DNA of 63,384 nucleotides, the filler included, from Octopus bimaculoides (taxonomy: Eukaryota), in NCBI RefSeq assembly GCF_001194135.2. It is 8 parts of 8 records of this genome, joined end to end, with 100 filler letters (N's around TTAATTAATTAA, not from the genome) between each part and the next. Parts side by side here need not be neighbours in the genome. Positions count along the whole stretch, not along the records: positions 51,203 to 63,384 come from NC_068985.1; 7 more parts are not named here. One strand, given 5' to 3'. Positions 62,961 to 63,384 of this stretch are shown here, in pieces. The notes under the pieces were generated by a model. That model did no database searches, was not told the DNA's origin, and saw only the letters and a list, made by a program, of their open reading frames with translations. The stretch's first letter is position 1. Each line of letters opens with the position of its first letter. The translations under genes and the position numbers were made by a program.

Positions 62961-63384
62961 GTTACTGGAGGAGGATAAAGTGGAGAAAAAAGGAAGATGA
63001 TGAGGCAGAGAATTAAAAGTGAAACATGTGACGAAGACGAAGAGGACAGCGTGTCTTTTTCTTTCCCTCTTTTGGAAGAGGCTTAATGAGAAAGAATAAG
63101 GAGAGAACAGAAGAAATTAGAATGAAACAATGAACGGCTGAACCAAAGTGTCTCCCAAAAATGAAATTTGATGATAATTACAGTTGCAACCTGTTCAAAA
63201 CATTTTTTCTCGCAGGCACTAAACTCGATTTTAATATATTGACAACGATAAAGTGTCGTCATAAAGTCTAGGTGAAGCACTTGTGAAATTTTGTTAGCGA
63301 CAAAAGTTGCTTGATTTCAATTCTCAATACACACACACTCACACGCATACATATATACATGTGCGTGTGTATGTATATATATAT

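Overview
AT-rich, microsatellite-dense eukaryotic genomic DNA from a gapped draft assembly. The repeat content (two dominant tRNA-derived SINE families, TAA-associated R4/Dong-like LINE remnants) suggests a coleoid cephalopod, probably Octopus; this is inference from recalled repeat sequences, not a search. Nearly all ORFs in the supplied track are translations of microsatellites or N gaps. Host coding signal is on the minus strand. (1) A type II membrane protein gene with a TM exon (47245-47527) spliced in matching phase 1 to a 21-nt-repeat Thr/Glu/Gln mucin exon (46644 into a gap), plus a likely upstream ATG exon (56587-56694) and a possible Cys-containing last exon (36709-36911). (2) A separate first coding exon encoding a signal peptide (10828-10912). 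Mobile DNA includes two decayed mariners, a mariner MITE, a Tc1, a piggyBac C-terminal remnant, CR1 and L1/Tx1 fragments, about ten R4/Dong fragments and many SINEs. The most unusual signals are a 224-bp fold-back carrying a type I hammerhead ribozyme motif on each strand (18900-19123), a Helentron-like IR/hairpin-bounded unit carrying an open zinc-knuckle ORF1 half (39913-41059), a telomeric hexamer array inside a SINE, and repeated tail-to-tail SINE/Dong junctions sharing one (ATT)n tract.
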